Positions 1 to 10,577 of a stretch of DNA of 64,000 bases are shown here, one piece after another; position 1 is the stretch's first letter; each line of letters begins with the position of its first letter. The DNA comes from an uncultured Acidobacteriota bacterium (lineage in GTDB: Bacteria; Acidobacteriota; Thermoanaerobaculia; Multivoradales; SZUA-115): NCBI GenBank assembly GCA_963805975.1, contig CAWDVR010000005.1, forward strand, positions 128,001 through 192,000, read 5' to 3'. The position numbers and the translations under genes were made by a program. The notes under the pieces are model-generated. The model had not been told where the DNA came from, did not search any database, and saw only the letters and a list, made by a program, of their open reading frames with translations.

Positions 1-338
1 ACCACCTCGTCCGTCTCGCCGTGGTCTCGCCGGCGCTCGCTGTGGCCCACCAGCACCCAGACGCAGCCGGTGTCGATCAACTGCAGGGCGGAGACGTCGC
101 CGGTGTGGGCGCCCTTGGCCGCCGGGTGCAGATCCTGGCCGCCGACCGTGACCGGGCTGCCCTCGAGAGCGGCGGCCACCTCCGGCAGCAGCGGGAAGGA
201 AGGGAAGAGGGCCACGTCCACCTCCTCTGCATCGAGCGCGGCACGGAGCGCGGTGCAGTAGCTGCGCGCCTCGCGCTGCAGGAGGTGCATCTTCCAGTTG
301 GCGGCCAGCAGCGGCCGGCGCGTGTAGGGCTCGATCAT
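1..338 (-). CDS. tpiA: Triosephosphate isomerase (5' part, runs off the window)
   Basis: Manual translation gives MIEPYTRRPLLAANWKMH...GGQDLH...GAHTGDVS...LVGHSERR, the TIM motifs. The ATG overlaps the pgk stop (ATGA). Not in the ORF track. Confidence 0.95.
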   Translation of the reverse strand, partial: MIEPYTRRPLLAANWKMHLLQREARSYCTALRAALDAEEVDVALFPSFPLLPEVAAALEGSPVTVGGQDLHPAAKGAHTGDVSALQLIDTGCVWVLVGHSERRRDHGETDEV

Positions 339-1546
339 GGGGCTTCGAGCGCCGCCACGCCGGGAAGGGTGCGGCCGGCCAGGAGCTCGAGCGAGGCGCC
401 GCCCCCGGTCGAGACGTGCGACACGCGGTCGGTGACGCCGGCCTGGTGCGCGGCGGCCACGGTCTCGCCGCCGCCCAGCACGGTGAAGCCGGGACACGAG
501 GCGAGAGCCTCCGCCACCTGGCGCGTGCCGGCGTCGAAGGGCGGCTTCTCGAAGACGCCCAGCGGGCCGTTCCAGAACAGGGTGGCGGCAGTGGCGACGC
601 CACCTGCGAAGGCGGCGCGGGTGGCCGGGCCCACGTCCACCGCCATGGTGCCCGCCGGCACCGCTCCGGCGTCCACGGTCTCGATGCGCTGCGGGTTCTC
701 GAGGCTGTCGGTCACCACCAGGTCGGTGGGCAGCAGCACCTCGATGCCGCGCCCGCGGGCCGTGGCCAGGATCTCCGTGGCCGTCCCGATGCGGTCCGGC
801 TCGACCAGCGACTTGGCGAGATCGTGGCCCTGGGCGGCGAGGAAGGTGTTGGCCATGCCGCCGCCCACCATCAGCCGGTCGAGCCGCGGCAGGAGGTTCA
901 CCAGGGTGTCGATCTTGCCCTCGATCTTGGCGCCGCCCAGGAGCACGGCGAAGGGCCGCGCCGGCTCGCCCAGCAGGCGGGAGAGGGCCTCCACCTCGCG
1001 CACCAGCAGGCGCCCGGCGGCCTTGCGTGCCATGAGCGCCGCCACCCCGACCGTCGAGGCGTGGGCGCGGTGGGCGGCGCCGAAGGCGTCGTCCACGTAG
1101 ATGTCGGCGAGCCGCGCCAGCGCGGCGGCGAAGGCTTCGTCGTTGGCCTCCTCGCCGGCGTGGAAGCGCAGGTTCTCGAGCAGACAGACCCCACCGGGAG
1201 CGAGCTCCGCCACCGCGGTCTCGGCCTCCGGGCCCACGCAGTCGGGTACAAAGACCACCGGCGCGCCCAGCAGCTCGGCCAGCCGCTCGGCGACCGGCCG
1301 CAGCGTGTACTTGGGGTCGGGCTGGCCCCCAACTCCAAGCGCCTTCGGCCGGCCCAGGTGAGCGGCGAGCACCACGCGGGCGCCGGCCTTCGCCAGCTCG
1401 CCGATGGTGGGCAGGGCCTCGGTGAGGCGGTTGTCGTCCATCACCTTGCCCTCGGCGATCGGCACGTTGAGCTCGACGCGCGTGAAGACGCGCCGGCCGG
1501 AGAGGCCGTCGAGCCCGAGATCGTCCAGGGTGAGCAGTCGGCTCAT
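335..1546 (-). CDS. pgk: Phosphoglycerate kinase
   Basis: Motifs RVELNVP, HLGRPK, LLENLRF, DAFGAAHRAHAS, WNGPLGVFE, HVSTGGGASLE. Confidence 0.98.
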   Translation of the reverse strand: MSRLLTLDDLGLDGLSGRRVFTRVELNVPIAEGKVMDDNRLTEALPTIGELAKAGARVVLAAHLGRPKALGVGGQPDPKYTLRPVAERLAELLGAPVVFVPDCVGPEAETAVAELAPGGVCLLENLRFHAGEEANDEAFAAALARLADIYVDDAFGAAHRAHASTVGVAALMARKAAGRLLVREVEALSRLLGEPARPFAVLLGGAKIEGKIDTLVNLLPRLDRLMVGGGMANTFLAAQGHDLAKSLVEPDRIGTATEILATARGRGIEVLLPTDLVVTDSLENPQRIETVDAGAVPAGTMAVDVGPATRAAFAGGVATAATLFWNGPLGVFEKPPFDAGTRQVAEALASCPGFTVLGGGETVAAAHQAGVTDRVSHVSTGGGASLELLAGRTLPGVAALEAP

Positions 1547-1572
1547 GATGTCTCCTCAGAGTGCAGGCGGGG

Positions 1573-2586
1573 TCAGAGGCCGGGACGGTCCCCACCCATC
1601 CAGGCGAGGAGATCCGCCAGGCGGTTGGCGTAGCCCCACTCGTTGTCGTACCAGGCCACGACGCGGAGCAGGCGAGAGTCGAGGGCTTCGACCAGCGGCA
1701 GGTCCACGGTGGCGGAGTGAGGGTCGCCGATGAAGTCGGCCGAGACCAGCTCCTCCTCGGTCACCGCCAGGATGCCGGCGAGCGGGCCGGCTGCGGCGCG
1801 GCGGAAGGCGTCCGCCACCGCCTCGCGGGCGATCGCCCGGCTGGTGCGCACCACGAGATCCACCAGCGAGCCGTCCGGTACCGGCACCCGATAGGCCGTG
1901 CCGCCGATCCTGCCGGCGAGCTCCGGCATCACCGCGCCGATCGCCGTCACCGCGTCCGAGGTGGTGGGGATCACGTTGAGCGCCGCGGCCCGCGCCCGCC
2001 GCGGGTCCGGGTGCGACATGTCCATCAGGCGCTGGGAGTTGGTGTAGCAGTGCACGGTCGACATGAAGCCGTGCTCGATGCCGGCTGCGTCGTAGAGCAC
2101 TCTCGCGACCGGGGCCAGGCAGTTGGTGGTGCAGGAGGCGTTGCTCACCACTTGGTGGCGGGCCGGGTCGTAGGTCTGGTGGTTGACCCCGAAGCAGAAG
2201 GTGGCATCGACGTCCGGCGCGGTGGCGGAGACCACGACTTTCTCGACCGGGCCGCCGAGATGCGCCGCCGCCTCGGCCCGGCCGCGAAAGACACCCGTGG
2301 CCTCGACCACCACCCAGGGCTCGGCTTCGTGCCACGGGATGCCGGCCGGCTCGTTCGCCGCGTAGAGCGGCACCCGCCGGTCGTCGATCACCAGCGCCCC
2401 GGGCTCGGCCTCGACGGTGCCGGGGAAGCGGCCATGGAGCGAGTCGTGGCGGATCAGCCGCGCCAGCACCCGCGAGTCCGCCTGGTCGTTGGCGGCCACC
2501 AGCTCGAGATCTCCCCGCTCGCGGGCGATCCGCAGCAGGGCGCGCCCGACGCGGCCCAGGCCGTTGATGGCGAAGCGGATGGGCAT
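1573..2586 (-). CDS. gap: Type I glyceraldehyde-3-phosphate dehydrogenase family protein (divergent)
   Basis: INGLGRVGR, catalytic SNASCTTNCLAP, WYDNEWGY; lies in the gap-pgk-tpi order. Confidence 0.9.
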   Translation of the reverse strand: MPIRFAINGLGRVGRALLRIARERGDLELVAANDQADSRVLARLIRHDSLHGRFPGTVEAEPGALVIDDRRVPLYAANEPAGIPWHEAEPWVVVEATGVFRGRAEAAAHLGGPVEKVVVSATAPDVDATFCFGVNHQTYDPARHQVVSNASCTTNCLAPVARVLYDAAGIEHGFMSTVHCYTNSQRLMDMSHPDPRRARAAALNVIPTTSDAVTAIGAVMPELAGRIGGTAYRVPVPDGSLVDLVVRTSRAIAREAVADAFRRAAAGPLAGILAVTEEELVSADFIGDPHSATVDLPLVEALDSRLLRVVAWYDNEWGYANRLADLLAWMGGDRPGL

Positions 2587-2718
2587 GGGTGAGGAACCTT
2601 CGAGCGGCAGGGCGCCGCGAGAGACCGGAGTCTAGCAGGCCGGCGGGCCTCACCGGGCGTGGCATACTTCCCTGCGCTTCGGGCTGGGGCCCAGGCGCCC
2701 AGAGCCACAGGAGGTTTC

Positions 2719-2946
2719 ATGGCAGAAAAGCACCAGCTCACCGCCATCCTCGAGCGCGAGGGCGCCGGCTTCGTCGCGCTCTGCCCCGAGCTCGACATCG
2801 CCAGCCAGGGCGAGACCATCGAAGAGGCGCGGACGAACCTGACCGAGGCACTGGAGCTGTTTTTCGAGACGGCTTCCGAAGCGGAGGTCCGGGAACGGCT
2901 GCACTCCGAGGTCTACGTCACCCGGCTGGAAGTCGACGTTGGGTAG
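2719..2946 (+). CDS. hicB: HicB-family antitoxin (short form)
   Basis: LTAILEREGAGFVALCPELDIASQGETIEEARTNLTEALELFFE; GGAGG RBS before the ATG at 2719. Confidence 0.9.
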   Translation: MAEKHQLTAILEREGAGFVALCPELDIASQGETIEEARTNLTEALELFFETASEAEVRERLHSEVYVTRLEVDVG

Positions 2947-2958
2947 GCAGGTTTAGTT

Positions 2959-3110
2959 CCAATACTGTTCACTTGGCGACTGTAATCGAGCGTTTCTCTT
3001 CCTGCCGTCATCCCCGCGAAAGCGGGGATCCAGGGCGGGCGACGAGACCCAGATGGATCCCCGCTTTCGCGGGGATGACGAGCAAAGAAGCTTCAGTGAA
3101 CGGTATTGGG
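2959..3110. mobile_element. MITE-like element with 15-bp terminal inverted repeats enclosing a REP-like palindrome
   Basis: CCAATACTGTTCACT (2959-2973) and AGTGAACGGTATTGG (3095-3109) pair at 14/15 positions; TAGTT flanks both sides. Confidence 0.65.
3006..3080. repeat. CGTC-type REP-like palindrome
   Basis: CGTCATCCCCGCGAAAGCGGGGATCCA...TGGATCCCCGCTTTCGCGGGGATGACG; perfect 27-bp arms. Confidence 0.9.
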
Positions 3111-3230
3111 TAGTTCCCCTGCACACGGAGCTGCGTTTGGGCACGCTCAGCTCGATCATTCGCCAGTCCGGAGTGCCGAGGTCCGCCTTCGAGACGGAGT
3201 AACCACGGCGCCTCACGCCGCCACGACGGG

Positions 3231-3246
3231 CGGCATGTCTCTTGCT
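3231..3246 (+). promoter_or_regulatory. Possible sigma54 -24/-12 promoter for the kinase gene
   Basis: CGGCATGTCTCTTGCT (GG-N10-GC), about 50 bp upstream of ATG 3296. Confidence 0.4.
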
Positions 3247-3295
3247 CCTGCACTGGGCGGTCACACCACCCACACGCTTTTCCGAGAAAGACCCT

Positions 3296-4712
3296 ATGAC
3301 CCTCCGCCTCCGCCTCTTCCTGCTCCTGGGCGCGTTGGTCGCGCTGCTGGTCGCCGGCCAGGCGGTGCTCATGCGCTCCCTCACCCGCGACCTGGCGGAG
3401 GAGGTGGGCGACATCGTCGTGTCGGTGGGCGAGTCGGTAGCCGCCGCGGTCGGCGAGGAGCCGCTGCACTTGCCGCCGGCCGCGGACGGTGATCTGCGCG
3501 AGCACAAGATCAAGGTGATCCATCTTCCCAGGATCGAGGGCGAGATAGAGCGCGACCTCGCCTACGAGGTGCACGAGCAGAAACAGACAGTGGAAGTGGA
3601 GGGCGCCGCCGAGCCGCAGGTGCGGCGCACCGAGCTGCGGGTCAAGCTCGTCTCCAGGGGAGGAGAGCGCACCCTGGTGCTGGACGACGGCGGCGGCGCG
3701 GCGCGGGCGATCGCGGTGCCCGAGCACGGCGTGAGCCGCGAGGTCGGCCGTTTCCGGCGCCGGCTGCTCCTGGGATCCCTGGGCCTCCTGGCCGTGGGAC
3801 TGATCGCGGCAGGAGCGGTGGCGCACCGGGTGTCGCGGCCGCTCGCCGAGCTCACTGCCGCGGCACGCCGGGTCGGTGAAGGGGCGCTCGGCACGCAGGC
3901 GCCGGAGCCCAGGGACCGGGAGGTCGGATCGGCGGTCGCCGCGTTCAACCGCATGTCGCGCGAGCTGGCCCGCCTCGACGAAGACGCCCGTGCGTTCCGC
4001 GCCCGCGAGCACCTGGCAGAGCTCGGCGAGGTGGCGCGCGGCCTCGCGCACAGCCTGCGCAACCCGCTTCACGCTCTGGGTCTCACAGTGGGAGAGATGG
4101 CGGCGATGACCCCGGCCCCCACAGCCGCATCGCCAGGCGGCGAAAGCGTTGCAGACCTGGCGGAAGGCGCGCGGCGGCAGATCCAGCGCATCGACCGCTC
4201 GCTGCGCTCGCTCCTGGTGCTCGCCGCGGACGGCGGACCGGCCAGGGAGCCGGTGGACCTCCCGGCGCTCGCGGCGGACGTGGCGCTCGAGGTGCTGCAG
4301 GACTTCCGCGGTCGGGTGCGGATCGAGGTCGAGGCGCCGGCCGAGGGCGAACCGCTCACTCTCCTGGGCGTGGCGGCCGAGCTCCGCGCCATGCTGCAGG
4401 CGCTCGTCGTCAACGCGGCCGAGGCGAGCCCCGAGGGCGGCCAGGTCCGGCTGCGGCTCGCCGCCTCGCCCGCCGGCGCCACGATCGAGGTGCTGGACCG
4501 GGGCGAGGGCCTGCCCGCCGAGGTGCGGGCCAGGCTCTTCTCGCCGCACGTGACCACCAAGCCCACGGGCTCCGGCATGGGCCTCTTCCTCTGCCACCGC
4601 CTGGCGACCACCCGCTACGGCGGCGACCTCACGCTCGAGGACCGCGAGGGCGGCGGCTCGCGAGCCGTGCTCGCGCTCTCCCGCCGCCAGGCAGCCGGGG
4701 AGCCTGCCCCGG

Positions 4713-4720
<8 letters not shown>
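3296..4720 (+). CDS. HAMP-domain sensor histidine kinase
   Basis: Two TM segments, HAMP, H-box LAHSLRNPL, N-box VVNAAEA, DRGEG, TTKPTGSGMGL. Confidence 0.93.
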
Positions 4721-6074
<1,354 letters not shown>

Positions 6075-6104
6075 TTTGGGGAAGGGCTCTGCTCATTTGG
6101 GGAG

Positions 6105-6188
6105 GCCCCTCACCCCAGCCCTCTCCCCGCTGGCGCGGGACGAGGTGGCCGAAGGGCATTCTCCGGCGATCGCAGCCAGGGTGAGGGC
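6105..6188. repeat. CCCCTCACCC/GGGAGAGGG-type palindromic repeat (degenerate copy)
   Basis: GCCCCTCACCCCAGCCCTCTCCCCGC...GGGTGAGGGC; related copies at 31035 and 57365. Confidence 0.75.
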
Positions 6189-6189
6189 G

Positions 6190-6205
6190 TGGCACATCGG
6201 TTGCT
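6190..6205 (+). promoter_or_regulatory. Sigma54 -24/-12 promoter
   Basis: TGGCACATCGGTTGCT matches TGGCAC-N5-TTGCW and lies directly downstream of the sigma54 activator gene. Confidence 0.85.
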
Positions 6206-6261
6206 CTCTCGGCCCCTCGGAGAAACGAAGACCTACCCCCAAGACCAAGGAGAGACGACCG

Positions 6262-6942
6262 ATGAAGAACCTCAAATGGATGCTCGCCGCCGTGCTCGGC
6301 TCCGCTGCCCTGGTGGCGCTGGCGCCGCTCGCCGTGGCCGCCAGCTCGGACAACGACGGCACGCACTTCCGGATCTCGACCAGCGACGCCGGTACCGTGG
6401 AGTTCGACCTGGACGAGCTCGCCGTGGGCGAGAGCCGCAGCTTCACCACCGACCAAGGCAAGCCCGTGACCGTGACCCGCGTCGAGGCCGGCTACGAGCT
6501 CGAGGTCGACGGCAAGAAGCTCGACGTGGTCCTCGACGGCGAAGCGGGTGGAGACATGATCGTGCGGACCGGCGAGGACCACGGCGACGGGCGAGTGATG
6601 ATCGTGAAGAAGCACCTCGGCGAAGGCTCGGGCGAGCCCAGGATCATCGTCCAGACCGACGGCGGCGAAGGCGAGGGCGACCGCAAAATCGTGCGCAAGC
6701 GCATCGTCACCTCCGGCGGCGACGGCGACCACGAGGTGCAGGTGAAGGTGCTCGACGGCGACGACCTGGAGGACATCGACCTCGAGGCCCTGACCGGCGG
6801 CGAGCACGGCAACGGCCACGTCGTCATCGTCAAGAAGCGGGTCCACGAGGGCGAGGCTGGCGAGCACAGCGGCGAGCCCAAGCGGATCGAGATCCGGATC
6901 GAGAAGAAGGCGAAGCAGGAGGCGGACGAGGATCGCCGGTAG
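6262..6942 (+). CDS. Secreted/periplasmic hypothetical protein with repeated short basic/aliphatic segments
   Basis: AAGGAG RBS, Sec signal MKNLKWMLAAVLGSAALVALAPLAVA, high-GC3 codon usage. Confidence 0.8.
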   Translation: MKNLKWMLAAVLGSAALVALAPLAVAASSDNDGTHFRISTSDAGTVEFDLDELAVGESRSFTTDQGKPVTVTRVEAGYELEVDGKKLDVVLDGEAGGDMIVRTGEDHGDGRVMIVKKHLGEGSGEPRIIVQTDGGEGEGDRKIVRKRIVTSGGDGDHEVQVKVLDGDDLEDIDLEALTGGEHGNGHVVIVKKRVHEGEAGEHSGEPKRIEIRIEKKAKQEADEDRR

Positions 6943-6994
6943 GTAGTGCCCCCCAGCCGTCGCAGGCGGCGGCTCCTCCCGAGCGCCCCCACCC

Positions 6995-7100
6995 TGTCAT
7001 CCTGAGCGCAGCGAAGGATCTGGGCGGGGGCGCTGTCGCTTGGTTTCAACATCCGCGCGGCCCCCGTCCCCTGGATCCCTCGCTCTCGCTCGGGATGACA
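6995..7100. repeat. GTCATCCTGAGC-type REP-like palindrome
   Basis: TGTCATCCTGAGCGCAGCGAAGGATCT...GGATCCCTCGCTCTCGCTCGGGATGACA inverted arms. Confidence 0.85.
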
Positions 7101-7165
7101 GCGGACCGTCCCCAGCTCGCGGGCACACAGCCAACCTCTGCCCCGGCTGCTACCATCGCTTTGCG

Positions 7166-8251
7166 ATGGCCTCCCCCGCCGTTTCCCCGCTTCTCCTGGG
7201 CATCGAGACCTCCTGCGACGACACCGCCTGCGCGGTGGTCGACGGCACCGGCCGGGTGCTCTCGTCGGTGGTCTCGAGCCAGATCGCCGCGCACCGGCCG
7301 TACGGCGGCGTGGTGCCGGAGATCGCCTCGCGCGAGCACCTCGCCAACTGGCCGGCGGTGGCGAGCGAGGCCCTGGAGCGCGCCGGCGTCTCCCTTTCGG
7401 AGATCGACGCCGTGGCCGCCACGCGCGGCCCCGGGCTGGTGGGCGCGCTGCTCGTCGGCCTGTCGCTCGGCAAGGCCCTGGCCCTGGGCCTCGGGAGGCC
7501 GTTCTACGCCGTCCATCATCTCGAGGGCCACCTCGTCTCACCCTTTCTCAGCGGCGCTCCCCCCGGCAGCGCCGAGACCTCACCGGCCGAGACGCCGCCC
7601 GAGAGCTTCGTGGGCCTGGTGGCCTCGGGCGGGCACACGGCGCTCTACAAGGTGGCAGGAGCGCACGTCGAGACGCTCGCCGAGACCCGCGACGACGCCT
7701 TCGGCGAGGTCTTCGACAAGGTGGGCAAGCGGCTCGGCCTCGCCTACCCGCAAGGGCCCAAGGTGGATGAGCTGGCCGAGCGGGGGAGATCCACGGCCTC
7801 CGAGTATCGCGTCCCCAAGAACAGCGACCAGAGCCTGGATTTCTCTTACTCGGGGCTCAAGAGCCAGACGCTGCTGCTGATCGAGGAGCTCGAGCGCCAG
7901 GGGGTGGAGACCGACCTCGGCGCGCCGGATGCCGGCGAGCCCCCGCAGCCGGTGCTCGATCTCCTCGCCGCCTTCCGCGGCGCGGCCGTCAAGCAGGTGT
8001 TGAGCCGGCTCAAGCGCCTGCGCCGCCGCCGGCGCATCGGCTTCCTCGCGGTCTCGGGAGGCGCCGCCGCCAACCGCCTGCTGCGGCGTGAGCTGTCGGT
8101 CTGGGCTGAAGAGCACGAGGTGCCCCTGCGCCTGGTGCCTCTCGTCTACGCCGGCGACAACGCGGCCATGATCGCCCATGCCGCCCTGCTGCGGCTGCGC
8201 CGGGGGGACGCCGGAGACCCGCTCTCGACCGAGGCGTCGAGCCGCGGGTAG
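7166..8251 (+). CDS. tsaD: tRNA threonylcarbamoyltransferase TsaD
   Basis: LGIETSCDDT, YGGVVPEIASREH, RGPGLVGAL, HHLEGH, SGGHT, DDAFGE, FSYSGLK, DNAAMIA. Confidence 0.97.
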   Translation: MASPAVSPLLLGIETSCDDTACAVVDGTGRVLSSVVSSQIAAHRPYGGVVPEIASREHLANWPAVASEALERAGVSLSEIDAVAATRGPGLVGALLVGLSLGKALALGLGRPFYAVHHLEGHLVSPFLSGAPPGSAETSPAETPPESFVGLVASGGHTALYKVAGAHVETLAETRDDAFGEVFDKVGKRLGLAYPQGPKVDELAERGRSTASEYRVPKNSDQSLDFSYSGLKSQTLLLIEELERQGVETDLGAPDAGEPPQPVLDLLAAFRGAAVKQVLSRLKRLRRRRRIGFLAVSGGAAANRLLRRELSVWAEEHEVPLRLVPLVYAGDNAAMIAHAALLRLRRGDAGDPLSTEASSRG

Positions 8252-8263
8252 GCGGCCCCACCC

Positions 8264-9208
8264 TCACATCCCCGGGATCGGTTCGCCCTCGCTCGCCGTG
8301 CGCTCGGCGTAGAGGGCTTGCAGGCGCTCGGTCACCGGGCCGCGGGCGCCGGAGCCGATCTTCCGGCCATCGACCTCGAGCACCGGGGCGAGCTCGCCCA
8401 TGGTGCCGGTGGTGAACGCCTCGTCGGCGGTGTGGACCTCGGACACGGAGAGGTTCTTCTCGGTGACGGCGAAGCCGGCGCCGCGGGCGATCTCGATCAC
8501 CAGGCCGCGGGTGATGCCGGGCAGGCAACTGTCGGCGTGCGGGGTGAAGAGCGCGCCGCGGCGGACGAGAAAGACGTTGGTGGCGTTGGTCTCGGAGACG
8601 AAGCCCGCGAGGTCCAGCATCAGGGCGTCGTCGGCGCCGGCGACGTTGGCTTCGATCTTCGCCAGGATGTTGTTGATCAGGTTGTTGTGGTGGATCTTGG
8701 AGTCGATCGTCGCCGGCGAGTTGCGGCGCGTCGAGGCGGTGACGAGCCGGATGCCGAGGCGGTCGTAGACCGGCGGCTTCCACTCTGCGAGCACGATCAG
8801 GCAGGGGCCGTTCTGGTTGAGGCGCGGGTCCATGCCGGAGGTGATCTTCTCGCCGCGGGTGAGCGTCAGGCGGATGTGCGCACCGTCGCGCATGTCGTTG
8901 GCGTTGAGCGTCTCGAAGATCGCGTCCTTCACCTCGGCTCGGCTCGGCACCCTGTCGAAGGCCATGGCGTGGGCCGAGGCGAAGAGCCGGTCGAGGTGCG
9001 CGTCGAGCGCGAAGACGCGGCCGTCGTAGACCCGCAAGCCTTCCCACACCGCGTCGCCGCCCTGCACCGAGCTGTCGAAGACCGACACCCTGGCCTCCTC
9101 GCGCGGCACGAGCTGGCCCTGCACGTGGACCAGGATGTTCTCGTTTCTCGGGTCGGGGCTCGGGCCTCGGGACTGCGAAGGCTCGGCGCCGGCGGGCTCG
9201 GTTGCCAT
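8264..9208 (-). CDS. Aminotransferase class IV (BCAT-like)
   Basis: SVFDSSVQGGDAVWEGLR, KIHHNNLINNILAK, ETNATN, LPGITR, FTTGTMGE. Confidence 0.93.
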   Translation of the reverse strand: MATEPAGAEPSQSRGPSPDPRNENILVHVQGQLVPREEARVSVFDSSVQGGDAVWEGLRVYDGRVFALDAHLDRLFASAHAMAFDRVPSRAEVKDAIFETLNANDMRDGAHIRLTLTRGEKITSGMDPRLNQNGPCLIVLAEWKPPVYDRLGIRLVTASTRRNSPATIDSKIHHNNLINNILAKIEANVAGADDALMLDLAGFVSETNATNVFLVRRGALFTPHADSCLPGITRGLVIEIARGAGFAVTEKNLSVSEVHTADEAFTTGTMGELAPVLEVDGRKIGSGARGPVTERLQALYAERTASEGEPIPGM

Positions 9209-9272
9209 GGGAGGGCGGAGTATACCCGTGAAGCGGAGCGCGTCCGGCGCCGAGCGAAGACGGAACTGCCGC

Positions 9273-10481
9273 CTAATCCATGACTCGCCGCAGCCAGTGG
9301 AGGATCGGCCGCTCCACGAAGTCCCGGTGGTCGCGCGTCATGAAGTGATCGATGTGCCCGAACGCGGGGGTGTTGAGGAGGCGGACGTCGTTCGAGCCGG
9401 TCAGGTCCAGGTGATACTGCATGTACGGGCCGAAGCCCCGGCCGCCGCCGATGCCGAGCACCGAGCCGGTGAACTGGCCGAGGTTGGCCACGTGCTGGGT
9501 CTCGACCCCGGCCAGGCCGCAGGAGACGTTCTTGACCGTGGCGAGCGGCACGTAGCTGTTGAAGCGCGTCACGTTCTCGAACAGGCGCTCCTCGGAAGCG
9601 AAACGGAATCGGCTCTGCGCCAGGTTGCCGGCGAGGAAGATGTAATCCGGTACCGGCATGCTCACCGGCCCGGGGGTCGAGACCGAGAGGGCGAGCAACA
9701 GAACCTGCTGGTTGGTAGCGGTCGGGGGGAAGAGCGGGATCGGTGTCAGGCCGGCCGGGGCGTTCGCGGCATGGCCCGCGACGTGCCGGAAGACGCTCCC
9801 CGTCACCCCGTCGAAGATCACTCCGGCCGCGAGCTGCGCCGTCAGACCGGCGCAGTAGGACTGGTTCATGGTGTGGACCGTCGGGTCGTCGCTCGCCAGC
9901 ATCCCCTCCCAGGGGAAGATGCCGACGTAGTCGCCGGGAGCGGCGTTGGCGACCGCCAGGGCGAGGATGCCTCCCAGCGAGGCGCCGCCCGCCACCACCT
10001 CGACCCCCGGGCGCGTGGCCTCGATCTGGGAGCGCACGAAGGCGATGTCGTCCACCATCGACTGCAGGTCCCAGCCCGCCATCGGCGAACAGTCGACGAT
10101 CCCGGCTTCGCAGGTGCCGGCCGGGACGCCCTCGAAGCGCGGCGAGTAGCCCCACACGTCGTAGCCGCGGACGGCGAAGAACTCGGCGATCGAGCTGCCG
10201 GGCGCGCCGTCCTCGTCCCGCTGCTCGTAGAAGGCGAAGTTGAGGCCGAGAGGCGGCAGGAGCAGGACGACCCCCTTCAGATGCGAGGGCGGCACGTCCT
10301 TCGCCAGGCGGATCATCTTGAAGCGGTCGATCGCGCCGGGCCCTGCCTGCACCGTGTGCTCGGTGCGGACGAGATGCCCGGCGACCGGGTTGGAGGCGGT
10401 GCCGGTGATCTGGTAGGTACTCGCGGGAGCCGCGAGGGCGAAAGCGAGGATCGAGGCGAGGGCGATGGGGCGAGCGCTCAT
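9273..10481 (-). CDS. Secreted alpha/beta hydrolase
   Basis: Signal peptide MSARPIALASILAFALAAPA, nucleophile elbow GASLG, C-terminal FGHID. Confidence 0.8.
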   Translation of the reverse strand: MSARPIALASILAFALAAPASTYQITGTASNPVAGHLVRTEHTVQAGPGAIDRFKMIRLAKDVPPSHLKGVVLLLPPLGLNFAFYEQRDEDGAPGSSIAEFFAVRGYDVWGYSPRFEGVPAGTCEAGIVDCSPMAGWDLQSMVDDIAFVRSQIEATRPGVEVVAGGASLGGILALAVANAAPGDYVGIFPWEGMLASDDPTVHTMNQSYCAGLTAQLAAGVIFDGVTGSVFRHVAGHAANAPAGLTPIPLFPPTATNQQVLLLALSVSTPGPVSMPVPDYIFLAGNLAQSRFRFASEERLFENVTRFNSYVPLATVKNVSCGLAGVETQHVANLGQFTGSVLGIGGGRGFGPYMQYHLDLTGSNDVRLLNTPAFGHIDHFMTRDHRDFVERPILHWLRRVMD

Positions 10482-10577
10482 CTTTTCCTCCTGGGCTCGA
10501 GCGCTCGGTCCTTCCGAGCGCGGGTTCAACCGTGAGGTGCCGAGGAGAAAGGAAAGGACGACAGTCGTGCGGGCGGA

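Larger units (their letters stand above)
2939..3202 (+). pseudogene. hicA: Disrupted HicA toxin
   Basis: 3110-3202 translates as VVPLHTELRLGTLSSIIRQSGVPRSAFETE*, a HicA C-terminal half. A TTG GGT AGG start overlaps the hicB stop but terminates after 5 codons. Confidence 0.8.

Noticed and set aside
7040-7165. N-terminal extension of TsaD
   Set aside because: It is translation through the palindromic repeat. Homology and a -10 element point to ATG 7166.
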